Source of the DNA: Paramecium tetraurelia
Taxonomy: Eukaryota
Assembly (NCBI GenBank): GCA_000165425.1
Contig: CT868014.1
Span: 186,001-250,000, forward strand
Direction of reading: 5' to 3'
Length of the DNA: 64,000 bases
A program made the position numbers and the translations under genes. Positions 11,784 to 26,400 of this stretch are shown piece by piece. The notes under the pieces were generated by a model. That model worked only from the letters and a program-made list of their open reading frames with translations. It was not told the origin of the DNA and searched no databases. Position 1 is the stretch's first letter. Each line of letters begins with the position of its first letter.

Positions 11784-13465
11784 ATGAATAAAGAAAATGT
11801 TTGCCAAGCCTTTAGGACAGTTAAAGTTAGTAATCGTGAACTAGAAACCTTGGTTAATTCACGAGTTAATTAGTTGTAGAGATAACTCTAAGAAAAAGAG
11901 TAAGAAATCGCTTAATTACAACAATGTAATCCACCTGCCCATTCTCGTTTAATGGAAATCAAGGTGGATGCCATTTAAACAGAGAATCATCAATTGAGAA
12001 ATTAGGTTAATCACTATGAATCTATGATTAAAACTCTTCAAAATAAATGCAATTCATATTAAAATCAATTAGAAACCATATCCAATCTGCTCCAAGATAC
12101 TCAAAATACCTTGGAATTCGAAAGATAAGCCAAACAAGCCTTAGAACTCTAATAATCCAATATCTAACTTGATGCAGAATCAGAAAAATCAGTCATCAAA
12201 ACATAAATTGATTTGTTAAGAAAAGAGAAATATCAATATTAATCTTAATTTTAAGAACTTGAGTTATAGTTGAAATAATAATAATTATCCAATATGGAAC
12301 TTACTTAAGAATTAAGCACCCTCAGTCATTCATTTTCATAATTGCAACTATCATATTCAAAAATAGAAGAAAAGGCATATGAATTGGAATCCAAGAATGA
12401 AATCTTAGTTTCTTAATTGGATGTATACAAGACCTAGAATGAATAAATGAAATCTCAGTTGCAATAATCGAACCCTAAGAATGTAGAGAAGCAATTTTAA
12501 TAGAATGATAGAATCTAAGAACTTGAAGGCAAATTGAGGTTATCTTATGAAAATACTTCACAATTCTAATAGTTGTTGAATGAAAAATAAGAACTTATTA
12601 AGAAATTAGAAAAATAATTATAAAGACAATAAAATTGGAATGAGAATAATAATATCTTATAGGATTAACTAGAGAAATCTTAATTTGCTCTAGAAGAAAT
12701 GTAGTTTGAAAATTAGAAAATAGCCAAATATCAACAATAATAAATAGAATAACTGAAGAGACAATTAGAGTTGCAAAGTAATAATAATGAAGAGTTGATA
12801 GAAACCAAATAATAATTATAAAAAATGAAATCTGAATTTGAAAATTATAAATCTCTTAATGAAAGCAAAATAAATGATGTAAATTATAATTATTAACAAT
12901 AGATTAACTCAAAGTCCATGATAGATTAATAGAATTAATGGAATTTAGAAAAATCCAAATTGGTGAGTTAAATATAACATTTATCAAGTTAAGTAGAGGT
13001 TTAATAAAATTAAACTTATGATTAATTAGACGCCGGCCCATACAAATTGAAAGTTAAATGGCATTGAAATACGCAGCCGAAAAAGTCTAATTAGAAAATC
13101 AATTATGGGCTGTTTAAGAATAATTGGATGGAATATCAAATTCTATTGAATTATATGTTACTAAAATCAGTTAATTAAATATTGAAAATGATTAATTAAG
13201 AGAATAATTAATTGAAAATTAGAATAATTCAAAGCAAATATTGATTTTAGAATAATAAATTCGTAACTTTTGTGTGGAGATTGAAAAGCTCAAGAGCATT
13301 ATTATATAAAAGAGTGATCAAATAGAATTTTTAACATCAAAAAAAATATAGACTGAATAATTGGTTAATTATGTATCAGAGTTGGAAAGAAAAGTAAATC
13401 ATTTAAGTTAAGACAACTAAAGATTAAATGCAATAATCATTTAAAGATGCAAGAACTCTTGGTGA
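11784..13465 (+). CDS. Long coiled-coil protein
   Basis: Open table-6 frame rich in Q/E/L/K heptads. TGA at 13463-13465. Confidence 0.75.
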
Positions 13466-13519
13466 ATAAACAACTATTATTTTACTTTCAAATATATATA
13501 TCATCATACTTATAATCAA

Positions 13520-14038
13520 TCAATTTTATCTTTTCTTAAATCTCAAAAAACATCTGGGCAATGATTTTGTAGATTTTTTAGAGTAGCTATTATAGTTTTT
13601 TTCAAAAAAATTGAAGTTAAATTCTTGCAAAGTTTAAGCTACTTACACTGTTTAAACTTAGGCAGTCTTATATTCAGATGAGTGTCTAATTCTGTTGGTT
13701 TTGACTTATGTAATTACAAATTTATGTTACTAAACTAATGGAGTAAGGATTTTATCTTAAGGCCTATAAAGTGACATGGTTCTCAAATCAGTTCTACATC
13801 TAGAATCATTTCCTGGACTATTTAATTTGGTTGAAGTATTCTATGGAGCAGATAAGTTAGATTGAGTTAGGTGCAGAATGATTTTTCTTGCATCAGCCAA
13901 TGAATTGGATTGAGTTCTTCTTAATAATTTTTTAGTTTCTTTGTCATAATCAATTTCATGCAGTGAATCTTCAGTAAAATCTAAATTCAATAATGTTTCT
14001 ACTGCATTTTTTTCTTTTTAGTTATAATAATTAAACAT
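13520..14038 (-). CDS. Hypothetical protein
   Basis: MFNYYNQKEKNAVETLLNLDFTEDSLHEIDYD... With one predicted intron it ends KSLPRCFLRFKKRQN*. Confidence 0.55.
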
Positions 14039-14055
14039 AATTATTTAATAATAAA

Positions 14056-15595
14056 TCATGATCCAACCTTTTTAATTTGCTCTTGTATTTACTCAGGTGT
14101 TTTTAATGGAATGTATGCATCAATTTTTGTATGTTGAGGCAAGCGTGACTGTAAAAATGATATCAAAAGAATACCCTCTACTCCATTAAATCGACATTGA
14201 AGAACTTTTTAATAATAGCCCCAATCTTTCTAGTTTCCTATTTGTAATTTACAAGATCCTTATCATTTCTTTTGATGTAACTTTGTAACGAGTACAACTA
14301 ATACTAAGATGTAGATTAATACTTGAACTTTTGATAATTTAATTTTCTCACAACTCTTCAAAGCAATCATTAATTCATTGATCTTAATAAATCCAGTATT
14401 ATCTTTGTCTTATCTTCTAAAATGTTCAAGTAAAAACACTTCCATTTTACTCTTCTAAGCTTCCAATAACCCTTTGACTAAATTCTCAAAGATAGTTTCC
14501 TCTAACACTTTATCACTAGTCTCATACTCCACAGCCTTATCCCCAATAATTTCCATGATTTATTTGATTTCATCTTCCGTAAAGAATTATTACTAGATTA
14601 GAGAATATCAATATACTTCTTCTAGAATTTATTGGAAAACATTGGAAGGAATAGAATGAATCTCATCCTCATCCTTGAGTTTGCATTATTCTACTATTTT
14701 TTTATAGACATTTCTAAGATCAGTTGAGAGCATCCATTATGCTTCGAATCTGCTTTCCTCTTCCTTCTCTCTCAATTCCTTAAGTGCTTAATTCTGACAA
14801 TAGATTGAATGCAATGTTTCAATTCCAAAAGAGGAAATGTCTTTGAATTACAGAATTCCTGTTCTTGATACATCCAGTCTATTGAGGGTGTCCTCCAATT
14901 AGTGTTTACCTAGATGTAGACCCATCAACTAAAATAGTTAGCCTCCCTCTTCATAGGAGATTACTCCCATATCATCTTTATCAATTTATCTGAAACATTA
15001 ATATAGAAGTTCAGTTAGCATTTTGATTTCTCTGATTTTTTCTTCTTCTGTGATTGTGAATTGATTTACTAATTCTTAATCGTGTTCCAATAATTCTGGC
15101 TGAACGACTAAATTCTCCTTTTCTTATTCTGGTTATTTTTCATATAATACTTCATCCATTCTCTTATTAATAATTCTAGTTTGTTCAAATTCTGTTCCTA
15201 GAAACATGATTCTACAAGTTCGATCTTTGCGTGCTAATATAGTTTCAATCCATTTCTTGAAAATATAAGGATTTGCTTACTTCCATTTATGAAATTCGAA
15301 TAGTTCGATTGACCAAATGAATAAGTGAATCGTTTTCAAATCTGAATGACATTGTTCTTTCAGATGGATCTGTCAGATCTGGAATATAGAAATACACTTT
15401 CACTGTTGCAACAGGAATGGGATTTGATGGAGTAGGTAATGAGAAAACTGTCATGAAACTATATATAAATTCAATGACTTACGTGTGTCCTGAGGAAGTT
15501 TCTTCAATATAGCTTGTGTAATATAAGTACTTCTTTGTCCATTGACTTACGAAATTGTTGATCAAGTGAATGCTTCTTTCTAATAAATCTGTCAT
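14056..15595 (-). CDS. AKAP14/AKAP28-like domain plus EF-hand protein (probably ciliary)
   Basis: N-terminal VFSLPTPSNPIPVATVKVYF..FRFENDSLIH..EKWIETILARK resembles the AKAP28 motif. EF-hand loops IDKDDMGVISYEE, LDVSRTGILQFKD and QDKDNTGFIKINEL. Confidence 0.75.
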
Positions 15596-15722
15596 AAAAT
15601 GTTATTTATTAATTAATTATTTGCAAAAACAAATTAAATCAATTCAGGAGCAGAGATCATTGATTTACACTATTTCTACTAGACTTTTGGGCATGCTAAT
15701 CTATGTTAATTATAAATACAAT

Positions 15723-16810
15723 TCATCCATATTTTTATACAATTTGAACATCTTCAGCTAAACCAATATATCTAAATCAGCAGACAATTTTAGTTTTGAT
15801 TAACTCATAATCTTTAATACTTTCGATTCCATTTTAAGTTTAATTTATGACTATTAAGCTTAAAATGCCAGAATCGGAAACATCATCTTGTTTTCACTCT
15901 AGTTGTTCTAGTTTCTTTACACTAGATTCTTCAGAGCCGCAACTTTGATGAACAACTCTTGTAATCTTTTCTTTTTGTCCCTAATAACATTCTTCTAACT
16001 GATCTACAGGCAATTATATCAATATTATACTAATTACTCTTTGAACATATCAGTTTCATTCCTTCTCATCCTATGTTTGCAATACACATCAGAAATCACT
16101 CGTTTACCTTCCTTCCTCAACACCTTAGAAGCGATCATAACATTTAAAGCATCATAAACTCTTCTTTTGATATTTTGTTCATCTTTAGGCTTGTAACTCA
16201 ATTTTAATTCATACATTATCTAATTCCACTATTTATCCATCAGAACCTAAATCTTATATCAATCTTTATGCAACATCCTTATAAGAAGTGGATTTCAATT
16301 CCAATACTATGTCTCTCACTTTGACACTCAAATTACGTAGTCCTTTTAATAATAATCACTAGATACCTTTCTAACTTCGTTGAGGAGTCTAATCTTGATA
16401 GAATGCTAAATTTATTGATTTTTTTTCGATCTTCTCAGAATAATATCTCCTTGTTTATTCATTCCTACGTTTCTGTGGCGTCATTTACGTAGTATTAATT
16501 TAAACAATTTAAAATCCCTATTACTTATTTTGTGACTATTTGATCACAACTTGTTTTAATTGGGGAGATTGATTATTTGATGTTTACAGATCAAACATTT
16601 TTTATAAAGGTTATTGATCAAAAGGAAAAATATCGTCTGCATGCTGTATGGGTTATGCAATGTAATAATCTTGCAAGACCATATTGTTCGGACTGAGGTG
16701 AGCACGAAATAAAATGGGACTGTAAGGTTGAAACAGAATCATATTGGATTAACGAAGGTTCAGAGGAGATGATTCCATTTCAGAATGGAAATCATTTGGA
16801 GTCTAATCAG

Positions 16811-16814
<4 letters not shown>
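15723..16814 (-). CDS. DP transcription factor (E2F dimerisation partner)
   Basis: GLRNLSVKVRDIVLELKSTSYKDVA and DEQNIKRRVYDALNVMIAS (DEF box). TGA at 15723-15725. Confidence 0.9.
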
Positions 16815-18869
<2,055 letters not shown>

Positions 18870-18900
18870 TTGAAATATTAATTAAAAATTAAAACTTACA

Positions 18901-19548
18901 ATGAAAAACCAATAACAATAATAATCTGGCAATTCTAATGCTGCTTAGATAAGAAAGAAGCTGCTTAATAACTAATAAGTTTTATCAGAAAGTTAAAAGA
19001 ATGAAATCAAAAAAGCATTTGATTATTTTGATACAGCAGGATCAGGCACCATAGAGGCAACAAATTTAAAGGTCGTCTTGAGAGCCTTAGGCTTTGATCC
19101 AACTTAAGAAGAAATTGGAAAACTTATCAAAGATCTTGGTAAAGGAGATGTTAAATATGATGCACAAAGAATAGATTTCTAAGAATTTTTAGAGATTATG
19201 ATGGTTAAAATGAGTCAAAAAGATTCTCTGGATGACATTAAAAAAGCATTCAATCTTTTCAAAGATGGCAACAACCCCAAAGTATATTTATGAATATTCA
19301 ATTAGAAAATAATCACATTTGATTCCTTAAAGAAAGTGATCTAAGATTTGGATGAAGATATGACTGATTAATAAATCCTCTAATTGTTAAAGGGAGCTCA
19401 ATCGAATACAAATGAATTGAAAGAGATGGATAAAGATGGGAAAAAGGAGAAGAAACAACCTGAAGATGAATACAAGATAGAAGTGTCAGAAGATCAATTC
19501 ATTAAAATCTTAACTAGAGATCTTAATGATGACAAAAAGAAATTATGA
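18901..19548 (+). CDS. Divergent centrin-like EF-hand protein
   Basis: [75 protein letters not shown]. One intron. Confidence 0.85.
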
Positions 19549-20070
19549 AACTTAATTGCATATTTTAACAATCATTCTTCCCTCATACAATCAACTATCT
19601 AATACTTGCATTATTTGATATAAAATTATGCAAAGATTGGCCTATATCTGGGTTTTGGCATTTAGAATGTAACCTTAGAATATTAATTTGAAAACATCTG
19701 CCAAAAATGAACTCACTCAAAACTTATTTAGAACCAAATTATTAAATAAATAATATTATTGTATGGGTTATAACTATTAATATAACATTAAAATTTAGTT
19801 AATGTTTTATTTTGTATGCCTTTTTCTATTAGCATTTATTTTCATTATTCTGAAAAAATTCTTAAAACCGATTGAAGCCTATTACAAACTAGAAACATTA
19901 AAACTTTAGTAGTATTGAATATTCAAGTTTTTGCATCATGGCTGATTTTTTTAGTATTTTTTTGATTAATAATTATTTAATTAACTAATATAGTTTATAA
20001 TATAAAACTAATAGAATTTCATAAAAATTCAAAGGGGATGTTTCTCTATTAAAAATTAACATTATAAAAT

Positions 20071-20961
20071 ATGTCCAATAGAAAATAAAAAAAACCACTT
20101 AAGCATTAAGAAAAGGAAAACTAAAAAGAAAATAATAGAGGAAAACCTTGTGATATTTAAAATACAACCTTAAATATTCCTAATATCTGGACGAATGATT
20201 AGACTTGTTTGAGACTTCTAAAATATTTATCAGACATAGGAAGACACAATTGTTTGCATTAAGCAGGCAAACCAGGTAGTAAAGATAAACCAGGTAAAAA
20301 AGTCAAGCTAGAAAGTGAGAATAAATACGACTTGAATAAATCAGAGATCGAAAACACAAGAAAGTACTTTGAAAAGTCTGAAGAGTTCGCTGGTGAATTA
20401 TTTGGCCATAAGTGTGAGACAAAAAGATGTATAGTGTTCTTTTTCAGATCAAATGCAGATTATAAAATCAATAATTATGATTTTATAAAAACTAGTCCCT
20501 AGGATTGTTAAGATGTTCTAATTAAGTTATCAGCCTTATTGACTCACAAATTTCTTATGGATCTAGTCACTATCTTAAATTAATCTAACAATATTCCATA
20601 CCTAATTGATACTTTTGTTACACAATGGATCACGCCTTCATAATATTCTCCTATAATCTAAAATTTATTTATAAAATACATGATCGATACTATGAAGGAG
20701 AAAAAATCGATGGAAGACTTTGAGAAAAAAACCAGAGAAGACATGGAAAAAATCTTTTTTAACTTTCTCTAATCACCTATTTTCAAAGAAGAATTAGAAA
20801 AATTTATCAGAGAAATCAAACTCATTTTTAATAGAGAAAATGATCAATATTAACCATAAGATTTTGAAGATTTTGAAGGTAATCAAGGTATTTTACAAGA
20901 AGAGTTGGGAGAAGATTAAAGATAATCAGAATTCGTTCCATTTTTACTGGAAGAATTTTGA
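20071..20961 (+). CDS. Unknown-family protein, tandem paralog A (intronless, ~296 aa)
   Basis: Uninterrupted table-6 ORF. Shares NRGKP..IWTN...C.RL.KYLSD.GRHN.LHQAGK with 21318-22103. Confidence 0.8.
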
Positions 20962-21317
20962 ATATTATATATAGCAACTCTTTTCTAAAATATTATTTAT
21001 TCTATATTAAAATCTAATTGGATTATATATGTTGGTTATTTATTCTATATAGCAATTTATTAATTCTATTCCAACTCAGTTAATTAATATTAGTATTTAG
21101 GTGGAATTTGTTCTATAAAATATCATATTTAAATTTTGTTTTTTGAGTGGTAAAAATACCACAATTTCTTATTTTACTATTAAAACTGAGTTCATTCCAA
21201 TTTTCCACTTTAATTAAAAGCAATATAGAAAATGTTCATTAATTTAATTTCCATAGAATGAATTTGTAATAGAATTACTTATGTATTCTTCTGTGATTTG
21301 ATCATTTTTGTATATAA

Positions 21318-22103
21318 ATGAAGAAGAATTCTAAAAAAGTACACAAAGTAGAAAATTACAGTAAACCAAAAACTGAAAATAGAGGAAAACCATCATAATT
21401 AAAAAATATTTAATTAGAAGCTCCTGAAATATGGACGAACTCGCCACCTTGTGTTCGTCTAGTCAAATACTTAAGTGATATGGGAAGACATAATTATTTA
21501 CATCAAGCAGGTAAACATTCAAATAAGGTTGACAACAATAAGAGGTAAGAAAATGATTTGGATACAAAGCTACGCTATGAATACGCCTAGGAAATAGTAG
21601 AGAAATTGTTTTCTATCTAATGTGAATCCAAAAGATGTTTCGTCTTTTTCTTTAGGAGTGTTGATTAAGAAAAAGTGATTTACGATTTTTAGGAATATAT
21701 CCAAAATCAAGAGTTCTTATTCATTATACATTTGATTTAGCCCCTATTATCCTAAAAATTCATTGAAGATCTTATCTCCATCTTGAATTCACAAGACAAT
21801 TCAAGTTCTGCAGTTGATCTGCTATTATAAAGTAAGGATGATCCTTCAAAATATTCACACATAGTTTAAAATTTTTTTATTTAGAAATAACTCCAAACAG
21901 GGCTGGATAAGAAAACAAATAAACCCAATATTGAAGAGGTAATAAATGAATTTGAAGAATTTTTAAAAGATCCTTAAACTAACTAGTTAGTTTATGATTT
22001 TGTTAGTGAAATATTAAGAATATTTTAATCTTCAACAGCTTATCTACCAGACATAAATGAAATGTGTGAGGTTGTTAATGATTTTTAGTGCATATATCAA
22101 TGA
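21318..22103 (+). CDS. Unknown-family protein, tandem paralog B (intronless, ~261 aa)
   Basis: Uninterrupted table-6 ORF. Clear block similarity to 20071-20961. Confidence 0.8.
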
Positions 22104-22832
22104 ATTTTCATATTCTTACAAAATATATAGTAATTCTATTAGAAATTTAAAAGCAAGAGATTAAAATAATTATCAGTATAAATTCATTAATTAAACATAT
22201 GATAATTCTTTATATTTTTATTTTTAAATAAGTTTATAAATAAAAATTATTTACTGCTTTAAATAAAATGTAATTGACTAGAAAGTTAAAAAATTAAATG
22301 AAGCAAGGAGTCTTTAAAGAATAGTATTAGTAAATTATAATTTATCGAAATTGATTAATTAATAATATTAATGATGATAATCAAATGAGTAGGTGTGACT
22401 TGAATTCTTAGAGTTGAATTGTCTAATGTATATGGTCATATTCTAAAATACTTAATTGACTTTTCTTAGAAGTATCTTGATCACTATAAACTTAACGATC
22501 TAATGATTAAACGAATATTGGCTCTTTACTTTTACTTATTAAGTATTAGTCAAATTATGAATGAGCATAGCCTAAATTTGAAGATGAAGTGGAAGATGAT
22601 GAAATCGGAAAGTAAGGTAAAATGGAAAAATGCAATTAAGAGAATAACAATGATATAATATAAATATGGGTTTGATGATTGATTGTTGAATATAATAATT
22701 AATAAAAAGAAGCTGAGTTTAATATGGGTTCTAATAGTATCTTAAATTACGTAATAAAAGGTTTATAGTATAATGCGTAATATAAGAGTGCTAAATATAG
22801 AGTAAGGGTCGTCATAAATAAAATCATAAATA

Positions 22833-24537
22833 ATGCAGAATCAAGACCTGGCAACACATAATCTGCTACAGAGATGGGGACTTAACAACGCTACTGTATA
22901 CAGAAATCCTAGTGTTCCACTCATCTATTAACTCTCTATGTTATAAGCTGACGGATCATCTACTAGGCCAGATTCTATAAATAGCACAGGAGCATTGGTG
23001 GCTTATTCAGGCAAGAAGTGTGGGTAAATAGTTAATAATAATGATGTAGACGAGTGCCTAAGGATAAAAGAATCATCAAAGACTAAGGGACAGAAAAAGA
23101 TGTCTGGTGGGGAGATGTGAACATAGCTTTGAGTCCAGAATCCTATGGGGAAGTGGAGAAGATTGCTTTGGAGTATTTGGGAAGCAGAGAAAGAGTAATG
23201 AATGCTTTTGTATATTTTTAGTTGTTCATTATCGATGGATATGCAGGATGGGATGTTAACCATAGATTAAGAATCAGAGTATTTTGCACAAGACCATACC
23301 ATGCATTATTTATGAAGAATATGTTAATCAGACCAACTGAAGAGGAGCTCAAAAAAGACTTTAACGGAGACGTTGATTTCTACATCTTCAATGCAGGACC
23401 TTAAATAATAGAGAAGCCTATAGAAGGAGTTACATCTGAAGGATGCGTAGCTGTGAATCTGACAGAGAGAAAGATGGTTATATTGGGCACTCAATATGCT
23501 GGGGAAATGAAGAAGGGAGTATTTGGAGTTACTCATTATCTATTTCCAAAGCAAGGAGTCCTCACATTACACAGTTCAGCCAATGAAGGAGAGAATGGAG
23601 ATGTCACTTTATTGTTTGGATTGAGTGGAACAGGCAAAACTACATTGAGTGCTGATCCCAAGAGAAATCTCATAGGAGATGATGAACATGCTTGGTCTGA
23701 TCATGGAATTTTTAATATTGAAGGCGGTTGTTATGCTAAGTGTGTTGATCTTTCTAAAGAAAAAGAACCTGAGATTTTCAATGCCGTAAAGTTTGGAGCA
23801 GTTTTAGAAAATATTGAATACTTATCTAATGAGACCAGGGAAGTGGATTTCTCAAATATCTCAATCACTGAAAACACTAGAGTGAGTTATCCCTTAGAAT
23901 TCATACCAGGAGCCAAGTTTCCAGCTTAGGGAGGACATCCAAAGAACATATTCTTTTTGACTTGTGATGCATATGGTGTTTTACCTCCAGTCTCTATGTT
24001 GACACCTGAATAAGCCATGTATCATTTCATCTCTGGTTACACTGCCAAAGTTGCAGGAACTGAGGTTGGAGTCAAAGAACCCTAAGCCACATTCTCTGCT
24101 TGTTTTGGAGAAGCCTTTTTAGCATTACATCCAACTCTCTATGCTAATATGCTGGCTGAAAAAATCAAGAAGCATGATACCAAAGTGTGGTTAATTAACA
24201 CAGGGTGGTCTGGTGGAAAGTATGGAGTGGGATAGAGGATGTCATTGAAATATACTAGAGCTATAATAGATCTAATCCATAATGGAGAATTGAAAAATGC
24301 TGAATTTGAGAACTTCCCTATTTTTAACTTCAGAATTCCTAAGGCTGCCAAGAATATTCCTTCAGAGATTCTTAATCCAAGGAATACATGGAAGTATAAT
24401 ATTGATTTAATATATTTAGAAATCCAGATGAATTTGATAAACAATTATTAGAATTAGCTTAAAAGTTTTAGGTCAATTTCAAAAAGTATGAAGATAAAGC
24501 AACAATAGAAGTTATTAGTGCAGGTCCAAAATTGTGA
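22833..24537 (+). CDS. PCK1: Phosphoenolpyruvate carboxykinase (ATP)
   Basis: [68 protein letters not shown]. Three tiny introns. Confidence 0.97.
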
Positions 24538-24600
24538 TTATAATTTGTATCTATATTGGATTTGTTAGTATATTTGCTACAACATTATTATTAATATTAT

Positions 24601-26103
24601 ATGCAGAAGGAAATTTAAAATTATATTGGAGATTTTAGTCTTGATTATACGAATGCTGCTATCTTTGGAAAAATGTAATTGCAAGTGAATAAATACTTAA
24701 TTCTCGTTGTTAATTCATAATGTGTTGGTTAATTATTAGGACATGAAATCTATTTGATTAAATAATTGGTTTTCTATCCTTTATCAGAAAGCGAAGTCAT
24801 CCACAAAAACGATTAAGTCTATATTGACATGATCAAATCCATAGTGTGTGACGACTCCAGCTATTACAGTTTGACTTATAATCTTACGCATAGTTTACAA
24901 CTTAAGAAGAATAGGAATCGATTTGCAATTAATCACAAATACTTGGAAGATATAGAAAATAAGACTTATGTAATCAACGGATGTGTCCAAATCTACAACA
25001 ATGCCACACTCACATTTTGTTAAATTGTCAGAAGAGAATGTTTAAGACAAGGCCGAAGATTTACCCAGAGAGGATGTGATTAACAGGGAAATTGTACCAA
25101 TTACACTGAAATCGAGGATGTCTATTAAATTAACAAATCCACATACTCCTTTGTTTAAGTGAGAGGATCACTACCTTTCAAGTGGTCCTAAGTACCATAT
25201 TTGAATCCAAAACCCAGTATTGTAAATTTAACATTAAATATACCTAGTAAATTGATGGCAATTCAGATAATAATATTGAACTATGCAATGCACATCTCTT
25301 TACCCAAATCTCATATTACAGAGAGATGTTCATATTGAATTTAATTGATCGCAAAGGGAAACAATAGAAACTAGGAAATTATTTCTAATAAATCTTGGAG
25401 TCTTTCCAGAGAAGAGAAATCTAATATTTTTGGTTTGATTTTCATTAAGAAAGAGCCAATCTTAATAAATTGGTAGATGAAATTAGTTCAGTCTTGGAAT
25501 AATATGGCTATTATTAAATAGCTAATTAAAACACTAAGCTAATTTCTGAATAAAAGGGAGTTTTCAGAGTGAATTGCATGTCCTGTATTGATAGAACAAA
25601 TGTGGTGTAATATTTAATAAGCAAATTCATTTTAGAGGAAATCATTTAAGATGCTGGATTAGAAGACTCATTAGAATCCATACATAAGAAAATATGGATC
25701 AATTCAGGAAATCAATTAAGTAAATTATATTCAGGTACTAATTCATTGAAGAATGATTATATCAAATATGGTAAATAAACTAAGTGTGGGATGATTATCG
25801 ATGCAACATTGTCAACTAAAAGATACTTCTTAAATCATTTTAATGATTATCACATACAAAATAGCATTGATTTAACTCTTGGATTATGGGATATGAACGA
25901 TTCTCGATTTCACAATTACAAATTTGAAAACTCTCTTCAAAAATGCCTACTCATAGTATTTAATACTAACTATTAATTAGTTTTTTTTGCTGATGTTAGT
26001 GTTCAATTTTTTAAATTTGGGTATTCTAAGTCCAGCTTTGTCATTTTTAGTACTAAATTACTTTCCATAGGTATATTAAGTAAGATCAATATTAACATAA
26101 TGA
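24601..26103 (+). CDS. SAC-domain (SacI) phosphoinositide phosphatase-like protein with C-terminal hydrophobic segments
   Basis: YYSLTYNLTHSLQ, RRECLRQGRRFTQRGCD, SFVQVRGSLPFKWSQ, FRVNCMSCIDRTNVVQ, SQLYSGTNSLKND, IQNSIDLTLG. Confidence 0.88.
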
Positions 26104-26400
26104 TGCATCAGGATAGATTAATAAAATTATTGAATTATATTAAATCAAAATAATTATAAATAGTAAACTTATACAGCCGATTATATAAATTGTAATGCAT
26201 TCCTTAATTATTCTATTAGCTTTTTAATGATATTCTATATTTGAAGATAAAATTAAATTTAAATATGTAAAAAATAACTCCTTTTCTACTGATTATCCTA
26301 GTTTCCTATTATATAATGCAATATTAGGTCTATAAAATAATTAAGATAAAGTTATCAGGTATAAAATTCTCATAAACATAAAAATTGTATATATATATTT

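Noticed and set aside
19648..19660. GGGTTTTGG telomere-like word
   Set aside because: Single imperfect copy, with no tandem G3-4T2-3 array.
22371..22690. ATGATGA C-box-like motif and a short acidic frame upstream of PEPCK
   Set aside because: No matching CTGA D-box or terminal stem, and the frame lacks a supportable start or homology.
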